Shown here: piece after piece, positions 10,537-20,220 of the stretch
How positions within the stretch are numbered: position 1 is the stretch's first letter
How the letters are laid out: every line of letters begins with the position of its first letter
Assembly: GCA_963772835.1 (NCBI GenBank)
Contig: CAVYYZ010000001.1
Location: forward strand, 1 to 64,000
Source of the DNA: an uncultured delta proteobacterium
Lineage (GTDB): Bacteria > Desulfobacterota > Desulfuromonadia > Geobacterales > Pseudopelobacteraceae
Direction of reading: 5' to 3'
Length of the DNA: 64,000 nt
Made by a program: the position numbers and the translations under genes
Notes under the pieces: model-generated
Databases searched by the model: none
What the model saw: only the letters and a program-made list of their open reading frames with translations
What the model was told of the DNA's origin: nothing

Positions 10537-10827
10537 CTAGCTTTGACGACCCGGTTTGGGTTGGGCGGAATTCACAATCGCATCATATTTTTTCTTTTCC
10601 AAGGCGTCGGTCACGTCCACGAGCACGTTTGGAAAGTCGATGACATCGTACCAGGCCCCGTCGGCGAAATCGACGACGGCCCGGCCGGCGTAGTTGACTG
10701 TCACGACCCGGCCGACCTTGCCCTCGAAGCGAGTGAGATCCGGCCGGGCCCCGGGCCGGACGGTGACGATCCGGTCCGTCCAGGCCCGCTTGAGGTCGTC
10801 CACGGCGGCTTGGCTGGGGAAACTCAT
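10537..10827 (-). CDS. Small hypothetical protein (possibly SH3/KOW-like beta fold)
   Basis: 96-aa [32 protein letters not shown] with coding-like codon use. Confidence 0.6.
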   Translation of the reverse strand: MSFPSQAAVDDLKRAWTDRIVTVRPGARPDLTRFEGKVGRVVTVNYAGRAVVDFADGAWYDVIDFPNVLVDVTDALEKKKYDAIVNSAQPKPGRQS

Positions 10828-10840
10828 GTCTTTGTCTTAC

Positions 10841-10994
10841 TCCCCTCTCCCCTCGGGGGAGAGGGGCTGGGGGTGAGGGGCGAAAGTATCGGAAACAGTG
10901 ACCCTATTTTGAGGGCCCGCCCCATACTGCATTTTTTCCAGCTTTACTTTTTGTTACAGTCGGGTCCGCTCCTCACCCCCGAGGGGAGAGGGGA
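10841..10994. repeat. REP-like inverted-repeat element (CCCCTCTCCC/GGGAGAGGGG family)
   Basis: Left TCCCCTCTCCCCTCGGGGGAGAGGGGCTGGGGGTGAGG; the right arm reverse-complements to TCCCCTCTCCCCTCGGGGGTGAGG; AT-rich centre. Confidence 0.8.
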
Positions 10995-10995
10995 A

Positions 10996-11970
10996 CTAAG
11001 CCTTTGCCGGGGCCAGGAAGTCCAACCGCTTCACGAACTCGCAGGCCTCCTCGGCCCCGTACTCGCGGTCCATGCCGGGGTCGTGCCAGTCTACGGCCAA
11101 CGCCCCGTCGTAGCGGATTTCGTTCAGGGCCCGGATGACGCTTTCCCAGTCCATTCCGCCCCGGCCCGGGCTGCGGAATTGCCAGCCGCGGCGGGGATCG
11201 CCCGTGGGCCAGTAGCCCGCGAGGACGCCGCTGCGGCCGTCGAGGGTGAGTACGGCATCCTTCACGTGGACGTGATAGATGCGGTCCGGGAAGCGACGCA
11301 AGAACGCGACGGGGTCCACGCCCTGCCAGTGCAGGTGGCTCGGGTCGAAGGTGAATCCGAATTCTTCGCGGTTGTCGAGGGCGTCGAGCACGGCCTCGGC
11401 GCTGAACAGGTCGAAGGCGATCTGGCCCGGGTGGACTTCGAAGGCGAACTTGACGCCGCAGTCTCGGGCCGTGTCGAGGATCGGGTGCCAATCGTCGGCG
11501 AAACGTTTGAGGCCGTCTTCGATCACGCCGGGCTTGGCACTCGGGTAGCCGGCCACGTACGACCAGACGGGGGAACCCGTAAAGCCCGAGACGACGCCGA
11601 CGCCGAGTTTCTCGGCGAGGCGGAACGTCGCGGCCATCTCCTCCGCGGCCCGGCGGTTCACTTCGAACGGGTCGCCGTCGCCCCAGACGTAGTCGGGCAC
11701 GAGGGCCCGGTGGCGTTCGTCCACGATGTCGCTGACCGCGTGGCCGACTTTGTGATTGGCGATGACGGGGACGGTGAGATCGTAACGGGACAGCAGTTCG
11801 AGTTTATCCGAGCCGTAACCGTCTTCGCTCAGGCCGCGCTGGACTTCGAGGTGATCGCCCCAGCAGCATAACTCCACGCCGCCATAGCCCCACTCACTCG
11901 CCTTGGCGGCGAGCGATTCGAGCGGCACGTCCGCCCAGGGTCCGGTGAAGAGGATGACGGAACGTGGCAT
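10996..11970 (-). CDS. Sugar-phosphate isomerase/epimerase (xylose isomerase-like TIM barrel)
   Basis: LFTGPWADVPLE, FAFEVHP, FDPSHLHWQ, IYHVHVKD. Confidence 0.85.
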   Translation of the reverse strand: MPRSVILFTGPWADVPLESLAAKASEWGYGGVELCCWGDHLEVQRGLSEDGYGSDKLELLSRYDLTVPVIANHKVGHAVSDIVDERHRALVPDYVWGDGDPFEVNRRAAEEMAATFRLAEKLGVGVVSGFTGSPVWSYVAGYPSAKPGVIEDGLKRFADDWHPILDTARDCGVKFAFEVHPGQIAFDLFSAEAVLDALDNREEFGFTFDPSHLHWQGVDPVAFLRRFPDRIYHVHVKDAVLTLDGRSGVLAGYWPTGDPRRGWQFRSPGRGGMDWESVIRALNEIRYDGALAVDWHDPGMDREYGAEEACEFVKRLDFLAPAKA

Positions 11971-11978
11971 AAATCGAT

Positions 11979-12057
11979 TACACCGCAGAGGGCACGGAGG
12001 ACGCAGAGAAAGAAGTCGGAATTTTTACTCCGCGTTCTTTGCGTCCTCCGCGGTGAA
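11979..12057. repeat. Intergenic palindrome made of CRCRGAG-type units
   Basis: CACCGCAGAGGGCACGGAGGACGCAGAG ... CTCCGCGTTCTTTGCGTCCTCCGCGGTG. Confidence 0.8.
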
Positions 12058-13746
12058 TCAAGTCTTCGGCCCTTCCGGTGTCACCGGCGGGCTTGTGGGC
12101 GGCGTGTCCGGGGGAGTGACGGGTTTAATGGCCCCGACCGGGCCGGTGAACGGCACGCTCGGCGGCGGTTCGGCCGGGGGCGACGGCGGGACCATCGGCA
12201 GACTCGTGCCGCCGGCCAGGGACGGAGGCGGGGGGACGTTGATCGGCGGGGCGGGCAGGGGCGTGTCGGCCGCGTCGTCTTCGAGATAGATTTCGTCGAG
12301 TTCCGTGTCGTCCACGGCTTTCCGCATCAGCAGGTAGATCGACGTACTGGCCGACCAGAAGTAGCTGTAGCCGAATCCGAGAATGACCAGGAGCATCAGC
12401 AACAGCCAGAAGCTGACGACCCACGACGCGAGGTGGTGGTACCAGTAGTACGAATCGCGGTATTTCTTCGCGGCATCTTCGTCTTTGTCGATCAATGTCA
12501 GAATCTTCCGCGAACCGACGATTTGTACTTCGCTGACCTGTTCGATGTCGCTCCCCTTCAGGAGCAGTTCCCGCCAGCCCAGGGTCTTGGGGGCGTTGAG
12601 GAACAGGTAATCCGGCGTGTGCGTCGAGTAGATCGCCGAGGCCGTCTGGTTCGTCCCCCACTTGCCGAGGTAGACCGACAGCGAGCCCATGAAGACGACG
12701 AAGAACGTCACGGCCATGCCGTAGACGATCGCGACGGCCGCGTACCAGAGGAACCGCCACGGGGCCTGGTAGACGTAGTTGTACGCCCGGCTCATCGCGT
12801 CGAACGTGTCGCTGCCTTCGACGCTCAGCGTCGCGTACATGAGTGGGTAGCCCACGAGGCCGACGAGCAGCACGGCCATGACCACGCCCGCGAGGATGGC
12901 GAGCGGGAAGAGTACGGCGAGGATGACCACGTCGCCGATCAGGGGAATCAGCCCGAGCAGGCCGAAGAAGATCAGGGCCACGACGATGGCGGCGATCACG
13001 GCCAGGGGCAGGATCGGCGAGAGCAGGTAGGCCGTGTACCGCTTCGTCACGAATTGGACGGCCTGCGACAGCGAAATCCGATCCTTGCCGGAAAGCTGTA
13101 CGGCCGCGATGCGAGTGATGACGCCGCCGCAGAAGGCCCAGACGGCGAGGCTCCAGACGAGGCAGAGCAGGCAGTACACCCGCGTGCCGAAGCCCGTGTT
13201 CGGGGCCGTGATCTTGATGACGGGCAGCAGGAGCTTACGGAGCGGTTCGAGGAGCATCGGCAGTTGGGCCGAGACGAAATCCTTTACCGCGTCGGACTGT
13301 TCGACGGGCGAGCCGCCGACGACCGCCGTCGCGAACAGGTACGGGTTCTTGCCGCGGTATTCGTTCCACGGCAGGGTGCGGAGCAGGCCGCCTTCGCCGG
13401 CGAGGTCATGGAGGGACGTCCAACTCGCGTAATCCGCGTTGAACCGCTTCGTCCCCTCGGCGGTGAGCGTTTCGGGGCTGTGGTCCGTCCCGTCGGCCTT
13501 CTTGCCGAGGGCGAGGGCCATCTTTTCGTTCGTGTAGGCGTTGCCGTCCCGCTTCGGTTCGGCCGTCGCCAAACCCATCGCGACGGTGGACAGGACGTAC
13601 CAGCCGAGCGAGACGGCGAGGATGCCGGCCGCGGCGACGATCAACTTGCGGGGGTCGAGGGCCACCCAGAACGAGCGGAAAATTTCCGTCCACAGGAAGC
13701 CCGGGCGGCGCGAGAACGCCGATTCCGTGGGTAACCCGTCGGCCAT
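12058..13746 (-). CDS. Polytopic membrane protein with a Pro-rich tail, function unknown
   Basis: 562-aa ORF, multiple TM segments, ends YLLMRKAVDDTELDEIYLE followed by a Pro-rich tail. Confidence 0.75.
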   Translation of the reverse strand: MADGLPTESAFSRRPGFLWTEIFRSFWVALDPRKLIVAAAGILAVSLGWYVLSTVAMGLATAEPKRDGNAYTNEKMALALGKKADGTDHSPETLTAEGTKRFNADYASWTSLHDLAGEGGLLRTLPWNEYRGKNPYLFATAVVGGSPVEQSDAVKDFVSAQLPMLLEPLRKLLLPVIKITAPNTGFGTRVYCLLCLVWSLAVWAFCGGVITRIAAVQLSGKDRISLSQAVQFVTKRYTAYLLSPILPLAVIAAIVVALIFFGLLGLIPLIGDVVILAVLFPLAILAGVVMAVLLVGLVGYPLMYATLSVEGSDTFDAMSRAYNYVYQAPWRFLWYAAVAIVYGMAVTFFVVFMGSLSVYLGKWGTNQTASAIYSTHTPDYLFLNAPKTLGWRELLLKGSDIEQVSEVQIVGSRKILTLIDKDEDAAKKYRDSYYWYHHLASWVVSFWLLLMLLVILGFGYSYFWSASTSIYLLMRKAVDDTELDEIYLEDDAADTPLPAPPINVPPPPSLAGGTSLPMVPPSPPAEPPPSVPFTGPVGAIKPVTPPDTPPTSPPVTPEGPKT

Positions 13747-13859
13747 TGCGCGATCCCCGATCGTGACGTGAGCGTCGCCCTGCCATCGGGCCGGGCGAAT
13801 GCAAGTGTTCTAGGGTGACGGACTACGGAGGCAACGGACGTCGGGCAACCGGGTCTCGC

Positions 13860-15452
13860 CTATCGTGCCTGCGTCACCACGATCATCTTGTCCGCGAGCA
13901 TCGGCTTGTCGCCGAGGGAGTCGGCTTCGAGCCGCAGGTTGAAGTACGCCCGGCCCGCCTTCTCCGCCTTGAACTCGACGACGAAGTCCCGCGTCGCCCC
14001 GGGCGGGATCGATTCCGGCTTGAAGACGATTTCCTGGCCGCCTTCCTTGGCGTCCCGCGGCTTGATCGTCGTACGGCGAATTTCCAGCGGCAGTTCGATC
14101 TTCAACGACACGTTCCGGGCCGCGTCGCCGCCGGAATTTTTCACGCGGACCGTGAACGCCCCGGTCTTGCCCACGGCGACGCTCGGGGGCTCGGCGTACG
14201 ATTCCCAGTGCAGATCGGCCGAGGCGGCGAAGCTCGTTTCGCGCGTGTCCGACACTTCCTTGCCGCGGGAATCGATCGCGACGGCCGTGACCGTTCGTTT
14301 GCCGGCCGCGTCACCGACGAGGGAGAACCGCACGTCATAGGCAACGCCCGGCTTCAGTTCCGGCACGACCCAATCGATGCGATCCCGGCCCATGCGGCCG
14401 CCGTTCGTCATCTTCGTGGCCCGGCATCCGTCCGGCACGGCCCCGCTGACGCGGACATTCCGCATCGGCAACTCGCCCGTGTTTTTCACCGAGATTGCGT
14501 ATACGGCCGGTTCGCCCGGCGTCACTTCCCGCGGCCCCGAAAGTTTCACACTCAACCCGGCCGTCATCACTTTCGTGACGGCTTCTTTGGTTTTCTGGTT
14601 CCCTTCCGCCGTGGACACGGCCGAGGACATCTGCACCTCGCCGGCCTTGGCCGCGTTCAGGCGGTAGCTCACGGGCCGGGTCTCGCCGGGCTGGAGTGTG
14701 CCGAGTTTCCAGACGCGTTGCTGCGGGTTGATTCCTTCCTCGCCACTGGTGCCCTCGGCGAAGGGAAAACCCGCGGAGACGGTTTCGATCAGCTTGAGAT
14801 CGTGCAGCGGCACGGCCCCGTTGTTGCGAATGCGGACGGCGACCGAAATCGATTCGCCCGTGCCCGCGTCCTTCGGGGCGGTCTTTTCGAGCAGGAGTTC
14901 GGCCGTGCCGAGTTTCGTGACGACTTCGACGCCGTGTTCGAAGGAGACGAACCCTTTCAGGCCGAGTTCGCCGTTGTTCACGAGCGTCGCGTCGGGCTTC
15001 AGGTCGAACGAAATCGTCTTCGCCTCGCCGGCGCGAAGGGTCGGGAATCTCCAGACGTACTGACGGCTCTGCTGATTCGGCACCTGTACGGGCGTCGGCG
15101 TGATTTTCAGGATTTCACTCGCCGCGAGCCGGGCCGTGGGCACGCGCACCTGGACGGAGTAGGCGTCGGCACTGGCGTTGTTTTTGACGATGAGCTTGCA
15201 CGGAATGGCCGCCGCCGCGGCCGCCGCCTGGGGCACGATCACGTCGAGCGAGACGACCGGCACGGCCACGGGATTCACGGTCGTCGAGGGGGCGACCGCC
15301 GATGCCCCTGCCGCGGGGCGAACGAATTGAGCGGGCACGACCGATTCGTCCGGCACGGCCCGCGGCAGCGTGGACGGCAACAACCCCGGCGGTTCCTGCC
15401 CGACGGCACAGACGACTGTGACGACGACACCCAAAAGAGCCGCGAATCGCAT
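13860..15452 (-). CDS. Secreted protein with tandem DUF11/Ig-like repeats (OmcB-like architecture)
   Basis: Signal peptide; repeated L.L.K.AP..V..GE...Y.I.VKN.G modules. Confidence 0.75.
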   Translation of the reverse strand: MRFAALLGVVVTVVCAVGQEPPGLLPSTLPRAVPDESVVPAQFVRPAAGASAVAPSTTVNPVAVPVVSLDVIVPQAAAAAAAIPCKLIVKNNASADAYSVQVRVPTARLAASEILKITPTPVQVPNQQSRQYVWRFPTLRAGEAKTISFDLKPDATLVNNGELGLKGFVSFEHGVEVVTKLGTAELLLEKTAPKDAGTGESISVAVRIRNNGAVPLHDLKLIETVSAGFPFAEGTSGEEGINPQQRVWKLGTLQPGETRPVSYRLNAAKAGEVQMSSAVSTAEGNQKTKEAVTKVMTAGLSVKLSGPREVTPGEPAVYAISVKNTGELPMRNVRVSGAVPDGCRATKMTNGGRMGRDRIDWVVPELKPGVAYDVRFSLVGDAAGKRTVTAVAIDSRGKEVSDTRETSFAASADLHWESYAEPPSVAVGKTGAFTVRVKNSGGDAARNVSLKIELPLEIRRTTIKPRDAKEGGQEIVFKPESIPPGATRDFVVEFKAEKAGRAYFNLRLEADSLGDKPMLADKMIVVTQAR

Positions 15453-15587
15453 GGCACACCTGCCCGGGCAAGGCCGGCAAGTTACCGCGCCGCGGAAACG
15501 GGGGTAAAGGCCAACCGAACCCTTGCGATCCCCTTCGCATCAAGTACGATTGCCGCGTCGCGACCGCGATTCCGAGGTGCCCCGCCG

Positions 15588-17179
15588 TTGAATACGCCGT
15601 TCGGCCGATTCGCCCTTCTGTCGCTCGTCGCTTTGACGACGGCAAACCCATCGAATGCCCAGGATACGAAGCGTACGGCCTTCCGCTGGGGCACGGACCC
15701 CACGGGCGGGGCCCCGTTCATTTATCAGAACGACGCGGGCCAGTTCGTCGGCTTCGAAGTGGATTTCGCCGAGTACCTCGCCAAACGACTCGGCCTGAAA
15801 AGTGAATTCGTCAAAGGGTCTTGGGACAAGCTCCCGCAACTTCTCGATCAGCCCGTGAGCGACGCGGCCGGGATTGACGTGGTCATGAACGGTTACGAAC
15901 TCCGCGAAGACCTCGCGAAGGATTACGCCCCGAGCCGGCCGTATTACGTCTACCGCCTGCAACTCCTCGCCCACAAAGATGACGACACCATCGACGGCTG
16001 GGGCGACCTCGCCGCCAAAAACGGCCGGGCCGGGAAGTCCGTCGGCGTCCTCGGCGGGACGGTTTCCCACGACTACCTCAAACACCGCTACGGCACGAAG
16101 ATCGACTTGCAGATCAACGAAGACGTGGCCACCGTCATCGGCCTCGTAAAAGACAAGCGGCTCGCCGCGACCGTGCAGGACAGCCCCGCGGCCACGTACT
16201 TCGCCCGCGAGACGCCGCAATTGAAACTCGTCGGCGAGCCCGTGAAACCGGGTTTTTATGTGCTGTACGCGAGGAAGACGCCCGAGGGCCGGGCGGTGCT
16301 CGACAAAATTGACGCGGCCATCCGCGATGGCGTGAAGGACGGCACGCTCAAGACGATCTACCAGAAATACGGCCTGTGGAACGAGGATCAGGAACGCCTC
16401 TCGTACTGGCAGGACAGGCCCTGGCCGCCGTTTGAGGAAAACGGATAACGTTGCCACCGCCGAATCGAGCAAGCGTTCGGGTTGGGATGTTTACGCCCGG
16501 CTACTCGGCGAACTTCTCGAAGCCGCGAAGATGACGGTCTTTCTGTCGGTCGTTTCCTTCCCGATCGCGATGGCGGGCGGGCTGTTGCTCGCGGTCGGCC
16601 GGGTCTACGGGCCGAAATGGGTTCGCGTTCCGTTGGCCGTCTATGTCGAACTGTTCCGCGGTACGCCGTTGCTGTTGCAACTCTATGCGATCTTTTACTT
16701 GCTGCCGCCGTTCATTACCTGGCTCACGGCCCACGGCGTGTGGGTGCCCATTGAATCACTTTCCCCCCTGCAAGCGGGCATCCTCGGGTTGGCTTTGAAT
16801 TACGCGGCCTATGAAGCGGAAAACTACCGGGCCGGGCTTCAATCCGTGCCCAAGGGGCAGGTCGAAGCGGGCTTGGCCCTCGGCATGTCCCGCCTCGCCG
16901 TCATCCGCCGGGTCGTCGTGCCCGCAGGCCGTGCGGACCGTCATTCCGCCCGTGACGAACGACTTCATCGCCCTGTTCAAAGACACCGCCTGCTGCTCCG
17001 TCATCCTCATCACCGAACTGACGCGGAAGTACAACGAACTCTACAACTTCAATCGCGACTACATCGTGACACTCGTCTTCCTCACGGCCGGCCTGTACCT
17101 GCTGATGAGCTACCCGCTCTCACTCGCCGCCCAGTGGATGGAGCGGCGGTTTGCGACGAATTCGGTTAGCCCCCGGTGA
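15588..17179 (+). CDS. Polar amino-acid ABC transporter substrate-binding domain plus permease (probably one fused gene; frameshifts near 16440 and 16921)
   Basis: WGTDPTGGAPF, GFEVDFAEYLAKRLG (SBP_bac_3); YVELFRGTPLLLQL, NYAAYEAENYRAGLQSVPKGQVEAG, PPVTNDFIALFKDT (HisM family). Confidence 0.82.
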
Positions 17180-17295
17180 ACCCCCGCGGTGTGACTAACA
17201 AACCGCAACGACGACACCGGGGGCGGCTTTCGACCCACCGCTCCCGCGTCGGTTCTGACAATCGCGACCGCAAGCAGGTTATCACGGGGGGCTAA
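17166..17295. repeat. 130-bp element with imperfect terminal inverted repeats (MITE/REP-like)
   Basis: TTAGCCCCCGGTGAACC at left, GGTTATCACGGGGGGCTAA at right; internal CACCGGGGGC also pairs with the left arm. Confidence 0.6.
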
Positions 17296-17304
17296 AGGAG
17301 AAGA

Positions 17305-17964
17305 ATGATCCGCGTCACCGACCTCGTGAAATCCCACGGCCCCGCCCGCATCCTCAACGGCGTGTCGCTCACCGTCAATCAGGGCGAAGTGACCGCCCTC
17401 GTCGGCCCGTCGGGCGGCGGGAAGAGTACGCTGCTGCGCTGCATCAACGGCCTGGAAACGTTCGAGGCGGGCACCGTCGAGGCGCTACGGCGTGACGCTG
17501 AAGCCGGGCGTGAACAAGCCGGCCACGTGCTGCAGGAAATGCGGAAGCACGTCGGCATGGTCTTCCAGCAGTTCAACCTGTTCCCGCACATGACGGCGTT
17601 GCAAAACGTCATGAGCGGGCCGCTGTTTTCGCTGGGCAAACCGAAGGCCGAGGCCGAGGCGACGGCCCGGAAACTGCTCGACCGCGTGGGACTGGCCCAC
17701 AAAGCCGACGCCCGGCCCGGAAACTTGTCCGGCGGGCAGCAACAGCGTGTTGCGATCGCCCGGTCCCTCGCGGTTAACCCCCGGGCGATCCTCTTCGACG
17801 AACCGACGAGCGCCCTCGACCCGGCCACGGTCAACGAAGTCGTCGCCGTGATGCGCGACTTGGCGAAAGACGGCCAGACGATGATCGTCGTGACGCACGA
17901 CATGGACCTGGCCAACAGCGCGACGGTCGTCCACCGGATGGAAGCCGGCCGGGTCGTTTCGTAA
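17305..17964 (+). CDS. Polar amino-acid ABC transporter ATP-binding protein (GlnQ-like)
   Basis: GPSGGGKST Walker A, FQQFNLFPH, LSGGQQQRVAIAR, ILFDEPTSALD. Confidence 0.92.
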   Translation: MIRVTDLVKSHGPARILNGVSLTVNQGEVTALVGPSGGGKSTLLRCINGLETFEAGTVEALRRDAEAGREQAGHVLQEMRKHVGMVFQQFNLFPHMTALQNVMSGPLFSLGKPKAEAEATARKLLDRVGLAHKADARPGNLSGGQQQRVAIARSLAVNPRAILFDEPTSALDPATVNEVVAVMRDLAKDGQTMIVVTHDMDLANSATVVHRMEAGRVVS

Positions 17965-17969
17965 ATTCC

Positions 17970-18059
17970 TTAACCACGGAGTCACGGAGCACGCGGAGAT
18001 TCACGGAGTAAAACCCGAAATGAATCTGTCTCCGTGATCCTCCGTGACTCCGTGGTGAA
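17970..18059. repeat. Intergenic palindrome of CACGGAG units (upstream of mqnD)
   Basis: ACCACGGAGTCACGGAGCACGCGGAGATTCACGGAG ... CTCCGTGATCCTCCGTGACTCCGTGGT. Confidence 0.88.
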
Positions 18060-18072
18060 ATCAGGAATCAAA

Positions 18073-18928
18073 ATGTCCCAACTCATTCGCGTCGGCCATT
18101 CCCCGGACCCGGACGATGCCTTCATGTTTCACGCCTTGGCGAACGACAAGATTCCCACGGGGGATCTCCGGTTCGTCCACGAATTGCAGGACATCGAGAC
18201 GCTCAACCGCCGGGCGCTTGAAGGGCGAACTCGAAGTCTCGGCCGTGAGCATTCATGCGTATTCGCACCTGCTCGACAAGTACGCCCTGCTGCCCAGCGG
18301 TTGCTCGATGGGCGATCAGTACGGTCCGATGGTCGTGGCTCGGAAGCCGATGAAGATCGAAGAGTTGGCGAACGTAACCATCGCCGTGCCGGGCACGATG
18401 ACGACGGCGTTCCTGACGCTCAAGCTGTTGTTCAACGCCCACGGCATGGCCGACAAACTCAAGTACGACGTGGTTCCGTTCGACGAAATCATCCCGGCCG
18501 TGGAGAAGGGCCGGTTCGAGGCGGGCCTGATCATTCACGAGGGTCAGCTCACGTTCCAGAACAACGGCCTGCACTTGGTGGTCGATCTGGGCGTCTGGTG
18601 GCAGGAACGGACGGGCCTGCCGCTGCCGCTGGGCGGGAACGTCGTGCGGAAGGATCTGGGCAAGGAGACGATGGAAGAGGTTTCGAGGCTCATTAAACTC
18701 AGCATCGAATACGGCCTCAAGCACCGCAAGGAAGCCCTGGGCCATGCGTTGCAATACGCCCGCGACATGGACGAGGATTTGGCGGACCGGTTCGTCGGCA
18801 TGTACGTGAACGACTGGACGCTCGACTACGGCCCCCGCGGCCGGGAGGCGATTCGGAAATTGCTCGACGAGGCCCACAAGGCCGGGATCATCCCGGCGCC
18901 GGTCGCGGTCGAATTCGTCGGGGAATAA
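18073..18928 (+). CDS. mqnD: 1,4-dihydroxy-6-naphthoate synthase (futalosine menaquinone pathway), frameshift near 18219
   Basis: [56 protein letters not shown]. Confidence 0.88.
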
Positions 18929-18933
18929 CGCTG

Positions 18934-19020
18934 TTTACCACGGAGTCACGGAGGCACACGGAGAATTCAATTGAGATTTTTCTCCGTGTGCCTCCGTGCC
19001 CTCCGTGACTCCGTGGTAAA
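18934..19020. repeat. Intergenic palindrome of CACGGAG units (downstream of mqnD)
   Basis: TTTACCACGGAGTCACGGAGGCACACGGAG ... CTCCGTGTGCCTCCGTGCCCTCCGTGACTCCGTGGTAAA. Confidence 0.88.
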
Positions 19021-19029
19021 TTCTTTCCT

Positions 19030-19752
19030 ATGACCTCGCTCTACCGCTTCCTCTCGCAGCCCGAGTCGTGCAGTTACCTGCCGGCCGAGACGGCGCGGAT
19101 GCGGTACGAAATCGTCGGCGACCTGACGCCCGGTGAGTACGCGGAACGGATGAAGGCCGGGTGGCGACGGTTCGGCTATTCCCTGTTTCGACCCGACTGT
19201 GCGACCTGCCGGGCCTGTCGGTCCCTCCGTGTGGACGTGGCGAAGTTCACGCCGGACCGCAGCCAGCGAAGGGCGGACAAGGCCAACCGGGACGTGACCG
19301 TGACGGCCGGCCCGCCGACGGTGAGCGACGAACGCATTGCCCTTTACGACAAATTCCATGCCTTCCAGACGGCCGCGATCGGCTGGCCCGCGCACGCCGC
19401 GGAGAACCCGGCGAGTTACGCCGAATCGTTCGTGATGAACCCGTTCGTGACGCAGGAGTGGTGTTATCGACTGGGCGAGACGCTGATCGCCATGGGCTAT
19501 GTGGACGTATTGCCCGACGGCGTCTCGGCCATCTACTTCTTCTACGACCCCGACCTCCGCGACCGATCGCTCGGCACGTTCAACGTGCTCAATGTGATCC
19601 GATTCGCGAAGTCACGAAACGTGCCCTTCGCGTACCTCGGCTTTTTCGTCGGGGGCTGCCGTTCGCTCGCGTACAAGGCGAACTTCCGGCCGAACGAGAC
19701 TCTGAATCATGCGACGGGGGAATGGACCGCTTTCCGGTCCTCGGACGCCTAA
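19030..19752 (+). CDS. Arginyl-tRNA-protein transferase-like / Asp-Glu leucyltransferase (ATE/Bpt family)
   Basis: CSYLP, GWRRFG..LFRPDCATCRACRSLR, SAIYFFYDPD, SLGTFNVL, YLGF, YKANFRP. Confidence 0.88.
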   Translation: MTSLYRFLSQPESCSYLPAETARMRYEIVGDLTPGEYAERMKAGWRRFGYSLFRPDCATCRACRSLRVDVAKFTPDRSQRRADKANRDVTVTAGPPTVSDERIALYDKFHAFQTAAIGWPAHAAENPASYAESFVMNPFVTQEWCYRLGETLIAMGYVDVLPDGVSAIYFFYDPDLRDRSLGTFNVLNVIRFAKSRNVPFAYLGFFVGGCRSLAYKANFRPNETLNHATGEWTAFRSSDA

Positions 19753-20114
19753 CGAACCGTCGAGACCACTCCCCGTGACCGACCGAGGCGGACGCAGGCG
19801 GTCACCAACAGCCCGACGAACACGGCACTCAAGAGGACAATCATAAATCCCATGACGAGGTAGATCGGGCTCGAATTCGGGTCCGTCGGGTCGTGCGTGC
19901 CAATGGTGCCCACGATCATGCCGACTGAAATGCTCCCGGCGAAGGCGACGACGGCACCGATGGCGAGCAGGCCAAATTTGCGAATCTTCCGTTTGATCCG
20001 CCGTTCGGTCCGATTCTCGCTGTCCGTCCCGGCGTAGGCCGTGATCCCGAGGAACACAAGGAAGAAGAGTATCGCGTAGTACCAGTTGTCAAAAATGGCG
20101 TCGAGAAGGCTCAT
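19749..20114 (-). CDS. Hypothetical membrane protein
   Basis: 121-aa ORF with three hydrophobic segments. Confidence 0.55.
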   Translation of the reverse strand: MSLLDAIFDNWYYAILFFLVFLGITAYAGTDSENRTERRIKRKIRKFGLLAIGAVVAFAGSISVGMIVGTIGTHDPTDPNSSPIYLVMGFMIVLLSAVFVGLLVTACVRLGRSRGVVSTVR

Positions 20115-20220
20115 GGCCGTGCCCCGTATCCGTTCCGGTTATGCCCGGGCTGAGGATTATGACGGCGGCATAATCTCCAAATCGAAGGTTAATGTCAAGC
20201 AACTTCTAGCGGAGAATGGC

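Noticed and set aside
13815..15587. 877-aa ORF N-terminal region and other long antisense ORFs in the GC-rich part
   Set aside because: Shadow ORFs opposite real genes, expected at high GC
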